A stretch of 64,000 nucleotides of DNA, taken from an uncultured delta proteobacterium (GTDB lineage Bacteria > Desulfobacterota > Binatia > Binatales > Binataceae). Both the position numbers and the translations under genes were made by a program. The stretch is taken from NCBI GenBank assembly GCA_963808235.1, contig CAWEEQ010000004.1, positions 992,001-1,056,000 of the forward strand, written 5' to 3'. Below the pieces are notes generated by a model that saw nothing but the letters and a program-made list of their open reading frames with translations, did no database searches and had not been told where the DNA came from. This document shows, piece after piece, positions 38,272-47,139 of the stretch. The stretch's first letter is position 1; every line of letters starts with the position of its first letter.

Positions 38272-38964
38272 ATGAATCAGCTCATTGAATATCGCGAAAG
38301 ATTTTTCGCGCAGAATCCGGCGTTTCGGGTTGGGATCGTGCAGCAGCAGGATGCCGCGCACGCGAAGGTCCGCGTGGTGTTTCCGGATTACGACGAAGTG
38401 ATCAGTTGGTGGCTGCCGGTGGTTTTCGCGAAGACGCAGAACGACAAAGCTTACTGGATTCCGGACGTCGGAGAGCAAGTCGTTTGTCTGATGGATTTGC
38501 GGGACGAAGCAGGCGCGGTGCTGGGCGCGATTTATTCAGACGCGGACTTGACGCCGGTGAACAGCGCCGACAAGTTTCATCTCGGGTTCCAGGATGGCAC
38601 CAGCATCGACTACGATCGCGCGGCACACGTTCTCGATCTCCTTTTCCAGGACACCACGGAACTCAAGTACGACGCTCATGTCCATCTGCTCGATCTGAAG
38701 TTTCAGGACCAGGGCGAGATCAAATACGACGGCACCGAGCACATTCTGACCGTGAGCCTTCCGCAGGGTGCGGCGTTCAACGTTACCGCGAACGGTGCGC
38801 AGATGCAGATCGATTCTAACGGCGACGTCATCATCAGGGCTGCCGGACAGGTGAGGCTTGGAACCGGTCAACTGGCAGGAGTCGCGCGGTTGGGCGACAC
38901 GGTTCAGGTTGGCAATCAGACGGGAACGATCGTGACGGCGAGCGCCGACGTGTTGGCAGGGTAA
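38272..38964 (+). CDS. Baseplate spike protein V
   Basis: VRVVFPD...SWWLPV, WIPDVGEQV.CL, GAVLGAIYS, FQDGT.I.YD. Confidence 0.92.
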   Translation: MNQLIEYRERFFAQNPAFRVGIVQQQDAAHAKVRVVFPDYDEVISWWLPVVFAKTQNDKAYWIPDVGEQVVCLMDLRDEAGAVLGAIYSDADLTPVNSADKFHLGFQDGTSIDYDRAAHVLDLLFQDTTELKYDAHVHLLDLKFQDQGEIKYDGTEHILTVSLPQGAAFNVTANGAQMQIDSNGDVIIRAAGQVRLGTGQLAGVARLGDTVQVGNQTGTIVTASADVLAG

Positions 38965-38967
38965 GCG

Positions 38968-39384
38968 ATGCCGGCAGGAGCAATAACGCTCGCGGACATC
39001 ACGTCGGCGGACTGGTCGCTGGAGCTCGGCACGATTGGCGGGGTGGTACAGGGGATTGCGGACGTCGAGCAGTGTCTGGGGATCATCGTGACGACGCCGC
39101 GCGGTAGCGATCCACTTCGGCCGACGTTTGGCTCGGACATCTGGCGATATATCGATTTTCCGATCGACGAAGCGCTGCCGGCGATCGTGCGTGAGCTGAC
39201 CTCGGCAATCACCACGTGGGAGCCGCGGGTGAATCTGATTTCGGTAACGGCGCAACCGGTGAACGATGGGAGCACGCAGTCGGGGGCGCATCTTGATGTG
39301 ACGCTCACGTGGCAACTGAAGCTCGGCGGCGCACCATCGCCAGCGCAAATCACGATCGTGACAATCCCGGGAGCGGCGGCCTGA
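38968..39384 (+). CDS. GpW/gp25 baseplate wedge protein
   Basis: I..TPRGSDPLRPTFGS, YIDFP, AI.TWEPRV. Confidence 0.93.
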   Translation: MPAGAITLADITSADWSLELGTIGGVVQGIADVEQCLGIIVTTPRGSDPLRPTFGSDIWRYIDFPIDEALPAIVRELTSAITTWEPRVNLISVTAQPVNDGSTQSGAHLDVTLTWQLKLGGAPSPAQITIVTIPGAAA

Positions 39385-39421
39385 CGCTGGGCCGCGCCGA
39401 TGGCGATGAAAGGATGAGTTG

Positions 39422-40591
39422 ATGGGCGCAGGAATTCCGTCGCTGCCACCGCCGATATTCGTGAACGATGCCGACGGCCTGGATCCGAACAAGATCCTGG
39501 CCGACATGATCGCCGAGTTCGAGGCGGCATCGGGGCGCACGCTTGCGCCGGCGCAAGTCGAGCGCCTGCTGATCAATCTCTATGCTTATCGCGAGTCGCT
39601 GGTGCGAAACGCGATTCAGTATGCGGGGGAGCAGAATCTGCTGGCGTTCGCGTCGTTTCCGATGCTTGACTATCTCGGTCAACTGCTCGGCGTGAGCCGG
39701 CTCGCGTCGCAGCCCGCGTCGACTACGATCCAATTCACACTGACGAACGCGCTCTCGGTGCCGTTTACGATTGCGGCGGGAACCCTGGTTGGGACCAACG
39801 ATGGGAACTTTGCATTTGCGACGGGCGCCGCAATCACGATCGCGGCGGGCGCGACGACCGCGAGTGTCGCAGCCCTGGCGACCGCTCCAGGAGCCGCCGC
39901 GAACGGCTACTTGGCCGGACAGGTGAGCGTACAGCTGAATCCGAGCGCGCTAATCGCGAGCGCTAGCAATACGACGACGACTGCAGGTGGATCGGCTCCT
40001 GAGACCGACGATCATCTGCGGACACGAATCCAGGCGGCGCCCAATCAATTCAGCGTCGCAGGACCGGTCGGCGCGTACCGGTTTTTCGCGATCGGCGCCG
40101 ATCCGTCGATCATCGACGCGCAGATCATGAGTCCGGCGCCGGGAATAGTGAACGCATACGTGCTGACCGGACCGATCAGTGTGCAGCCCGCGGCGGCGCC
40201 GAACAGCGCCGGGGTAGCGAGCGGATTGCTGCTCGCAAAAGTTGCGGCGGCGCTGAACGCAGACATCGTGCGGCCGCTTACCGACACGGTGAACGCGCTC
40301 GCGGTGACTGAAATCGACTACCAGATAAGCGCGACGGTAACACTTTATGCCGACGCCGATCCGACCGCGACGATAGCGGCGGCGAGTGCGGCGGCGCAGG
40401 AGCTCGCGCTCGAGCTGGCGGCGAAGATACAGCGCGACATCGTGCCGAGCCAGGTTATCGCGGCGCTTTCGGTAGCGGGGGTGTACGGTGTGACGCTCTC
40501 GTCGCCGGCGCTGACGACGCTCGGCGTGGGGCAGTGGGCGAACTGTACTGCGATTACGCTGACGACCGCGTTCAGCACGGAGCATAGCTGA
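39422..40591 (+). CDS. Baseplate J/gp47 protein
   Basis: GRTLAPAQVERLLI, AYRE, LDYLG, ETDDHLR.RI, FSVAGP.GAY, RPLTD.V. Confidence 0.94.
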   Translation: MGAGIPSLPPPIFVNDADGLDPNKILADMIAEFEAASGRTLAPAQVERLLINLYAYRESLVRNAIQYAGEQNLLAFASFPMLDYLGQLLGVSRLASQPASTTIQFTLTNALSVPFTIAAGTLVGTNDGNFAFATGAAITIAAGATTASVAALATAPGAAANGYLAGQVSVQLNPSALIASASNTTTTAGGSAPETDDHLRTRIQAAPNQFSVAGPVGAYRFFAIGADPSIIDAQIMSPAPGIVNAYVLTGPISVQPAAAPNSAGVASGLLLAKVAAALNADIVRPLTDTVNALAVTEIDYQISATVTLYADADPTATIAAASAAAQELALELAAKIQRDIVPSQVIAALSVAGVYGVTLSSPALTTLGVGQWANCTAITLTTAFSTEHS

Positions 40592-40592
40592 T

Positions 40593-41456
40593 ATGCCTGA
40601 GCTTTCCGCGGCGCCCTCGATAAACGATACGCGCACGCAGGCGTTGCTGGAATTGATCGCGCGGCTGGCTGCGCTCGATCTGACGCAGATCCTGGTTTAT
40701 CGGATCGACTCGGTGCCGGAGGGCGCATTGCCATTTCTCGCGTGGCAGTTCGACATCCTGTCGCCGCTGTGGCAGTTGGTTGCGCCGGTGTCGCTTGGAG
40801 TCGATGCGCTTTCCGATATCGATCTGTTGATCGACATCGACAACCTGATCGAGACCGGCGGAATTGTGTCGGGCGAGAGTCTTACCGAGGCGGCGCAGCG
40901 CGTAATGCTCAAGAGCGCCGTGCCGTTGCATCGCTTCCGCGGAACCCCGTTTGCGGTGAAGCAGGCGCTAGCGTCGCTCGGATGGACGCAGGTCAATCTG
41001 CTTGAAGGGCAATCGAGATGGGGCGGAGCGAGCTATCCTTCGAGCCAGGGTTGGGCGGTTTTTCGGGTGATGATCGACTTGGTGGACGGGCAGAGCGTGG
41101 CGAGCGGGGTGGTATCGACGGCGGCCGCGGCGGTGAATTTTTTCAAGCCTGCGCGCGCATGGCTGGATTCGATTTGGTTTGTGACGCCGCCGGTGTCTGA
41201 TGTGGGGCCGACGCCCTCAGACGAATTCACGCTTGGAGGAATCGTTCAATACCAGATCGACGCGGCTCGAGTACCTGGCGACGGCGGACTGGCTATAGCC
41301 ATTGTGTCCGCGGCAATTGTGGATGCGTACGGTCCGATCATGCCCATTTACGATAGTCACTATCGGCATAGCGGAATCACCTATGGCGTCAACGAGCCCG
41401 AAGTGGCGGATTGCGCCCTGTTGATGAACGGCGCGGCCGTCTTGGACGGAGGTTAA
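40593..41456 (+). CDS. P2 gpI-like tail/baseplate protein
   Basis: LPFLAWQF, LHRFRGTPFAVK.AL, WAVFRV, FKPAR. Confidence 0.88.
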   Translation: MPELSAAPSINDTRTQALLELIARLAALDLTQILVYRIDSVPEGALPFLAWQFDILSPLWQLVAPVSLGVDALSDIDLLIDIDNLIETGGIVSGESLTEAAQRVMLKSAVPLHRFRGTPFAVKQALASLGWTQVNLLEGQSRWGGASYPSSQGWAVFRVMIDLVDGQSVASGVVSTAAAAVNFFKPARAWLDSIWFVTPPVSDVGPTPSDEFTLGGIVQYQIDAARVPGDGGLAIAIVSAAIVDAYGPIMPIYDSHYRHSGITYGVNEPEVADCALLMNGAAVLDGG

Positions 41457-41457
41457 G

Positions 41458-41922
41458 ATGAAAAGTCCGGCGGGAATTGTGCGGATCCGACTGCTGAAGC
41501 GAGGTCGCGTCGCGTGGACCTACGAGGGGCGCAATCTTTTCGTGAATGCGGGAAGACCGGCGCTCGCGGCGCTCCTCGGAGGCGATACCGCCGGCGAATT
41601 TGCGGCGGCAGTCGGGTTCGGATCGGGCTCGTTGGCTCCCACAGTGAACGACACGGCGCTGACGGCGCCCGGATACTACAAGGCGCTCGACAGCCACAGC
41701 GAAGACGGCAGTGGGAGCGTGACGTTCAACTGGTCCCTGACCGGGGCTGACACGGGAGCGCTGGGAATAACAATTCAGGAATTGGCGCTGTTCGCGAATC
41801 ACGCGAGCGCGGGCTTGCCGGGTACAACCGCGCCGACTCCGATGCTCGCGCGCAAGACGATCGCGCCGATAGTCTTCGGGACGGGAATGAGTATCAGCGG
41901 CACGTGGACCCTTACTTTCTGA
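41458..41922 (+). CDS. Tail-collar / fibre N-terminal-like protein
   Basis: NLFVNAGR, VGFGSG..AP...DTAL, I.ELALF, WTLTF; GGAGG RBS. Confidence 0.65.
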   Translation: MKSPAGIVRIRLLKRGRVAWTYEGRNLFVNAGRPALAALLGGDTAGEFAAAVGFGSGSLAPTVNDTALTAPGYYKALDSHSEDGSGSVTFNWSLTGADTGALGITIQELALFANHASAGLPGTTAPTPMLARKTIAPIVFGTGMSISGTWTLTF

Positions 41923-41930
41923 GGTAGTCA

Positions 41931-42494
41931 ATGGCTACACTAATCGACGCAGCGGAGTTTACCTCGAATGAGGTTTACCAAATTCAAGCGACCGACCCGG
42001 TCGAGGGCGCGGCGAGTGGCGCGACCTTCAACGGCACCGGCATTTCCAACCAGCCGCATCAGCAACTTGCAAATCGAACCGCGTTCCTGAAGCAGCGCCA
42101 GGATGTGAACATCGGGAATATCGGCGTCCTGCAGGCATTCATGGGCGCGTTCGCGGGTTCGATCTCGGGAAATGGATATCTGACAATTCCGATCGCGGAT
42201 GTGAATCGCGGATCGATCGTTGCGATTTTGGAGTGGGGCGCGATGTTTCCGGGTGGGGGTCTGGATGACGATACGAACTACGCGGTGACCTGGCCGACGG
42301 CATTTCCCAACGCGTGCATCTGGGCGATGGCGACGCTCGCGAATCCGCGTGGGAGAGCGCATATCGCAAAGTTGGTAATAGATGTCGTCAGTTACACCAG
42401 GACGATAGGTACGTTTCGATCGGCCTTCATCGCCGGCTCGGACAGCACCCAGGCTCCGAACGACGGCTTTTACTGGATGGCGATCGGATTCTGA
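41931..42494 (+). CDS. Short tail fibre protein (gp53-like C-terminal domain)
   Basis: VYQI...DPV.G, NQP.QQLANRT.FLK, NGYL.IP, EWG, WPTAFPNAC, YWMAIGF. Confidence 0.85.
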   Translation: MATLIDAAEFTSNEVYQIQATDPVEGAASGATFNGTGISNQPHQQLANRTAFLKQRQDVNIGNIGVLQAFMGAFAGSISGNGYLTIPIADVNRGSIVAILEWGAMFPGGGLDDDTNYAVTWPTAFPNACIWAMATLANPRGRAHIAKLVIDVVSYTRTIGTFRSAFIAGSDSTQAPNDGFYWMAIGF

Positions 42495-42501
42495 ACGCGA
42501 G

Positions 42502-43944
42502 TCAGGCGAGAGCGGCGATGATTCGTTCCATCGCGATTCCGCGGGAGCCTTTGACCAGCAGGACGTCGCCGGCGCGGACCAATCCGGCGACGAGATCGGC
42601 GGCGGCGGCGGAATCGGGCGCGACGAGAACATCAGAGGGAAGGCTCGAGCCCGCGACCGTCGCGAGCCCGGCGCTCATTTCGGGGCCGACGGCGACGAAC
42701 GCGGCGGGCCGTTCGCGCATGATGTCGCGGATGGCGTCATGGTGCGCGGCCGCACTCATCGCACCCAACTCGAGCATATCGCCCATCGCAATCACGAGGC
42801 GCGCGCCGAGGCCATGCGCGACCTCGCGCGCCGCGCTGAGTGCAACGCGAATCGAGCGCGGGTTCGAGTTATAGGTGTCGTCGATCACGATAACGCCGCC
42901 AATGGTGGAGCTCGACAAGCGCCCGGCGACTGGCTTTGCACTGGCGAGCGCAGCGGCGATTGCGGCTAATTCGGGAGCGTTGAAAGGCTTGGGGCGTATC
43001 GCGGCGAGAGCTGCAATCGCGGCGGCACAATTAAGCGCGGCAGTTTCACCCAGGAGAGCGATTTCGGTTTCGACAAACGGTTCGACGCCGGTGGAGACGA
43101 ACGAGCGGGCAATTTCGATTTTGATCTGCGATCGAGCGCCTACGATCCTGCCACGAAGCCGCACGGTCGCATCGGGCGATTTGCCAAACGTGATTAGCTT
43201 CAGATGTTTCGGTATGCGTGCGAGGACGAGCGGTTCTTCGGCTGAGGCGACCGCATAACGTCTGGCGGTTGAGAACAGCGCCGCTTCCTCATCGGCGATC
43301 TCGTCGAGAGTGCCGAGGCCCTCGCTATGTTCGAGATCGACGTTGAGGACAATCGCGGCGTCCGGCTCCACGATGCGTGCGAGCTTTGGAATTTCTCCGC
43401 GGGTGTTGGTGCCGCATTCGAGCACGACGGCGTTGTGCCGGTCGGTGAGCGTGAAGATCGTCATCGGCACGCCGATGAGATTGTTGAAATTAGCGGTGGT
43501 CGATAAAGCGGTTCCGAAGAGCGCGCGAGTGATGGCGGCAGTCAGCTCCTTGGTCGTGGTTTTGCCGGCGGCGCCTCCGATTGCGAGCACCGGGAGCGGA
43601 CGTTTGGCGCGAATCCTCGCGAGATGGCTATGCGCGAGATTGCCGAGCGCGGCGAGCGTGTCGGCAACCTCGATGCAGGCTAGTGCGGAAGTTTGTCTTC
43701 CGGTCTCGACGACTGCGGCCCTCGCGCCGCGCTCGCGGGCTTGCGCGAGATAGTCGTGGCCGTCGGATCCGACGCCGCGAAGCGCGACGAACAGATTGCC
43801 CGGCACGAGCGAGCGAGTATCGATGCTGACGCCTTTGATCGCGCCGTCGCCAATCTCGGTCGAAGAGTGGAGCCGGCCGCCGCACGCCTCGACCACTTCG
43901 GCGAGAGTGAACTCACATTGATTGCTGGGAATCGGCGTCGTCAT
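42502..43944 (-). CDS. murF: UDP-MurNAc-tripeptide:D-Ala-D-Ala ligase
   Basis: SIDTR, DGHDY, GKTTTKE, NFNNLIGVP, IDDTYNSNP, GDMLELG, VKGSRG. Confidence 0.95.
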   Translation of the reverse strand: MTTPIPSNQCEFTLAEVVEACGGRLHSSTEIGDGAIKGVSIDTRSLVPGNLFVALRGVGSDGHDYLAQARERGARAAVVETGRQTSALACIEVADTLAALGNLAHSHLARIRAKRPLPVLAIGGAAGKTTTKELTAAITRALFGTALSTTANFNNLIGVPMTIFTLTDRHNAVVLECGTNTRGEIPKLARIVEPDAAIVLNVDLEHSEGLGTLDEIADEEAALFSTARRYAVASAEEPLVLARIPKHLKLITFGKSPDATVRLRGRIVGARSQIKIEIARSFVSTGVEPFVETEIALLGETAALNCAAAIAALAAIRPKPFNAPELAAIAAALASAKPVAGRLSSSTIGGVIVIDDTYNSNPRSIRVALSAAREVAHGLGARLVIAMGDMLELGAMSAAAHHDAIRDIMRERPAAFVAVGPEMSAGLATVAGSSLPSDVLVAPDSAAAADLVAGLVRAGDVLLVKGSRGIAMERIIAALA

Positions 43945-44098
43945 TTTAGATAAACTGCCGGGTCCATTGTGCCGAATTATCGCCAGCGGTTATACCGCCA
44001 CGTTCTTGACATGACGCCGAGAGCGAATCAGCCTTCAGATTCGACTTTTCGACGGGCATTCGATGAAGAGGCGAACAGCTTCGGGGAGGCAGGAATCG

Positions 44099-44587
44099 AT
44101 GGCAGAGGCGCCGATGGTTGGCGTGATAATGGGCAGCAAGAGCGACTGGGAGTACATGTCGGCGGCGGCCGAAGTCATGGAAGAACTTAAAGTGCCGCAT
44201 GAAGTTCGGATTTTATCGGCGCATCGTACTCCTGACGAGACGCTCGAATATTCCGCGGGAGCAGCGGGGCGCGGTCTGCGGGTGATAATCGCGGGCGCGG
44301 GCGGCGCGGCGCATCTGGCGGGAGTGGTCGCGGCAAAGACGATCCTTCCGGTGATCGGGGTGCCGATGCCGACCACGTCGCTCAATGGAATCGATTCGCT
44401 GCTGTCGATCGTGCAGATGCCCAAGGGAGTGCCGGTGGCGACGATGGCGATTGGAAAGCCGGGCGCGGCGAATGCGGGTCTGTACGCGGTGCAAATTATC
44501 GCGCTTGGCGACGCCAAGCTCGGCGCGAGGCTCAGGAAATGGCGATTGGCGCGGGCGCAGGAATTGTTGCAGCAGAAAATTCCCTAG
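44099..44587 (+). CDS. purE: N5-carboxyaminoimidazole ribonucleotide mutase
   Basis: MGSKSD, SAHRTP, AGAGGAAHL, SIVQMPKGVPVAT. Confidence 0.97.
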   Translation: MAEAPMVGVIMGSKSDWEYMSAAAEVMEELKVPHEVRILSAHRTPDETLEYSAGAAGRGLRVIIAGAGGAAHLAGVVAAKTILPVIGVPMPTTSLNGIDSLLSIVQMPKGVPVATMAIGKPGAANAGLYAVQIIALGDAKLGARLRKWRLARAQELLQQKIP

Positions 44588-44619
44588 CCGGCGAGTGCTC
44601 GCCGCGCGAGGTTTATTGG

Positions 44620-45681
44620 ATGAAAAAGAGCGAAGTCGATACGCCCGCGCTGATCCTGGATCTCGACATCGCGGAGGAAAATATTCGCGCGATGGGGGCG
44701 TACTTTGCGGCGCGCTCGCAGAAGCTGCGGCCACATTTCAAAACGCCGAAGACACCCGAGATAGCGCGTCGCCAGCTCGCGGCGGGTGCGATCGGGATCA
44801 CCGCATCGAAGCTCGGCGAGGTCGAGGTGCTGGCGCGCGCGGGACTCGGACCGGTGTTGCTCGCGAACCAGATCGCGGGGGCGCAGAAGATCGATCGCTT
44901 TTTTGCGTCGGCGGCGCGAATCGAATTGATCGGGACGGTCGAAAGCGCATTCAACGCGCGCGAGTTCGAAGCGGGCGCCGCACGGGCGGGACGCACAGCC
45001 GACGTGATAATCGAAGTGGACACGGGGATGCATCGATGCGGCACCGAGTCGCCGGAAGAGACGATCGAACTGGCGCGCTTGATCAAAAGCAGCGGGCTCA
45101 ACTATCGCGGCGTGATGGGTTATGAGGGGCACGCGGTTTTGATTCCCGACGCGGAGAAACGAGTGGCGCTTGCGCGCAAGGCGTTGACGCGGCTCGGCCA
45201 ACACGTCGAGGCGCTGCAGAGCGCCGGACTTGCGCCCGAGATCGTGAGCGCAGGAGGGACAGGAACTTTCGACATCGCAGGGAACTGGCCCGAAGTGACG
45301 GAAGTGCAGGCGGGCTCCTATGTGTTCATGGATGGCGCGTATCGTAACGTGCGCCCCGACCTCGGACGGCCCGCACTCACGCTGCTCGCGACAGTGATCT
45401 CGCGACGCGGCGACCGCGCGATAATCGATGCGGGCATGAAATCTCTCACCAATGAATTCGGGGCGCCGGTCGGCAAAACGATTGCGGTCAAGATCGTGGG
45501 GCTCTCCGAGGAGCATGGACATCTTGGTGCCGGTGAGAGCAGTCTCGAAGCGGGATCGAAAATCGAGCTGATTCCGAGCCACAACGACACGACGATCAAT
45601 CTGCACAGCGAATACTACGTGGTGCGCGGTGACGAAGTGATCGCGACATGGCCGATAGAAGCGGCGCGGGCGTACCGATGA
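44620..45681 (+). CDS. DSD1/D-threonine aldolase family PLP enzyme
   Basis: TPALILD, LRPHFKT.K, MGYEGH, SAGGTGT, EVQAGSY.FMD, LSEEHG. Confidence 0.9.
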   Translation: MKKSEVDTPALILDLDIAEENIRAMGAYFAARSQKLRPHFKTPKTPEIARRQLAAGAIGITASKLGEVEVLARAGLGPVLLANQIAGAQKIDRFFASAARIELIGTVESAFNAREFEAGAARAGRTADVIIEVDTGMHRCGTESPEETIELARLIKSSGLNYRGVMGYEGHAVLIPDAEKRVALARKALTRLGQHVEALQSAGLAPEIVSAGGTGTFDIAGNWPEVTEVQAGSYVFMDGAYRNVRPDLGRPALTLLATVISRRGDRAIIDAGMKSLTNEFGAPVGKTIAVKIVGLSEEHGHLGAGESSLEAGSKIELIPSHNDTTINLHSEYYVVRGDEVIATWPIEAARAYR

Positions 45682-46343
45682 AGAATGCGGGCGCGAAAAC
45701 TATTCGAGGCGCGGTCGCGATGCTCGCGGCGATAGCGGCAGTCGCGGGAACTGCGCGCGCGACCGACGTCAAGATGTCCGGAAAGCTCAGGCTGCCGCCG
45801 GACGCCAACGTCGTCGCGATATGCACCGATCCGGTGGTGCAGAAAATACTCAATGACGACTTGCGCGCGGCGCGGCGCGGGAGCGGGCCGGACGAGCGCA
45901 TGGTGACGCTGACGGTTACGGTCAGTCAGCAGATGCTCAAACCCGGGGTCTCGTTGAATCAAATGTTTCCCGGCGATCCTTCGATGGTCGAGTTGCTGAA
46001 GGAGGCGGGCGCGGACGCGCCGGCGCTTGGCGACACCGGCAGTCAGCCGATAGATCCGTATGCGAATGAGGCGCGCCGCAATGCGCTCACTCCCGACGAT
46101 CCGGTGACGGCGCAGTTCAGGGCCTACCAGGCGAGGCAGCAGGTGATGCGCGGTACGAATGCACCGACGCCCTACGACAAGATTCCGGAAAACGAAATTT
46201 ACTCCACCGTGATTGTCGCGCGCGCGTCGCTCGAGGGCGCTTTCGATCAGATGAAAGTCGTGGCCGTGGTGAATTCAGGCGACGACACTCGGCGGGCCAA
46301 GGAACTGGTGGCCGAAGAGATCGCCAACGCGATATTGCATTAG
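45678..46343 (+). CDS. Exported hypothetical protein
   Basis: ATGA-coupled; signal peptide ending ARA. Confidence 0.65.
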   Translation: MKNAGAKTIRGAVAMLAAIAAVAGTARATDVKMSGKLRLPPDANVVAICTDPVVQKILNDDLRAARRGSGPDERMVTLTVTVSQQMLKPGVSLNQMFPGDPSMVELLKEAGADAPALGDTGSQPIDPYANEARRNALTPDDPVTAQFRAYQARQQVMRGTNAPTPYDKIPENEIYSTVIVARASLEGAFDQMKVVAVVNSGDDTRRAKELVAEEIANAILH

Positions 46344-46349
46344 CGGGTG

Positions 46350-47057
46350 CTAGTCGTCAGTCGCGGGAGCGGGAATCGGACGAGGCGCCCGCTGCGCGGG
46401 ACGCGGCGCTTGCGGCACGACGGCTTGCGGCGGCGTTACCCTGTTAAGAGTCGGTGGAGCGGGCGGAATCGCGGCGGGCGCGGAAGGTTCTGCTGCGGGC
46501 TCGGGATTGGTGACTATGGTTGCCGGCGGCAAGCTCTCGGGCGCAATCGCGGCGGGCGACGCAACCGGCGCAGGGTTCTCGGCGTGTCGATCGAAGAATC
46601 GGCGATAAGCGAAATCCGCAAGCAGAACGAGCACCGCGACAACCAGCGCGAAGATCGCGACTTGGCCCGCCCGGCCGGTCCGCTTGGTGACCACCGTGAT
46701 TTCTTGCGAGATTCGCACCACGTTGGCCTCGGCGTGTTGAACGTCGCGGACGAAGCGCGACGCGACGTCCTCGGCGTCGAGACCGAGAAAGCTTGCGTAG
46801 CGGCGCAGAAATGGCACCAGGTAAAGCTGATCGGAAATCAGGCCGTAGCTGTCGGTCTCGATCATCTTGACGTAGTGGGCGGGAAGATGGGCCTCGACGA
46901 CAACCTGCTCGCGGGTGAGGCCTTTGCGTTCGCGAGCCTCAGTCACTATCTGGCCGAGCGAAATTTCCGGTTCGGCAGCCGAGGTTCCGGAATCGGTATC
47001 CCGCGATTTGCCTTTGGATTTTTTGTCAGCCACCTGTGATTCAGTCTCTCCCGGCAA
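46350..47057 (-). CDS. RodZ-like HTH membrane protein
   Basis: LGQ...EARERKGLT, FLRRYASFLGLD, single TM, Pro-rich tail; start uncertain. Confidence 0.8.
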   Translation of the reverse strand: MPGETESQVADKKSKGKSRDTDSGTSAAEPEISLGQIVTEARERKGLTREQVVVEAHLPAHYVKMIETDSYGLISDQLYLVPFLRRYASFLGLDAEDVASRFVRDVQHAEANVVRISQEITVVTKRTGRAGQVAIFALVVAVLVLLADFAYRRFFDRHAENPAPVASPAAIAPESLPPATIVTNPEPAAEPSAPAAIPPAPPTLNRVTPPQAVVPQAPRPAQRAPRPIPAPATDD

Positions 47058-47139
47058 ATCGCCTGAGGCGAATGCGAAATTCCACTTAGGAGAAAGCTAC
47101 CGTCGGATGAGGACGAATCCAAGTACCCCAATTTCGGCG

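Larger units (their letters stand above)
28181..42494 (+). mobile_element. Mu-like phage-derived block 2 (Mu-type head, P2-type contractile tail)
   Basis: Contiguous same-strand operon from protease to tail fibre, ending 7 bp from the murF stop. Confidence 0.92.

Noticed and set aside
28181-42494. Headless tailocin, eCIS or T6SS
   Set aside because: Capsid, protease, portal and terminase are present; no Afp15-like ATPase or Tss membrane complex is seen
4428-42494. Complete active Mu-like prophage
   Set aside because: No transposase, MuB, recognisable ends or gpF/gpG in the window; split by a 13.5-kb insert
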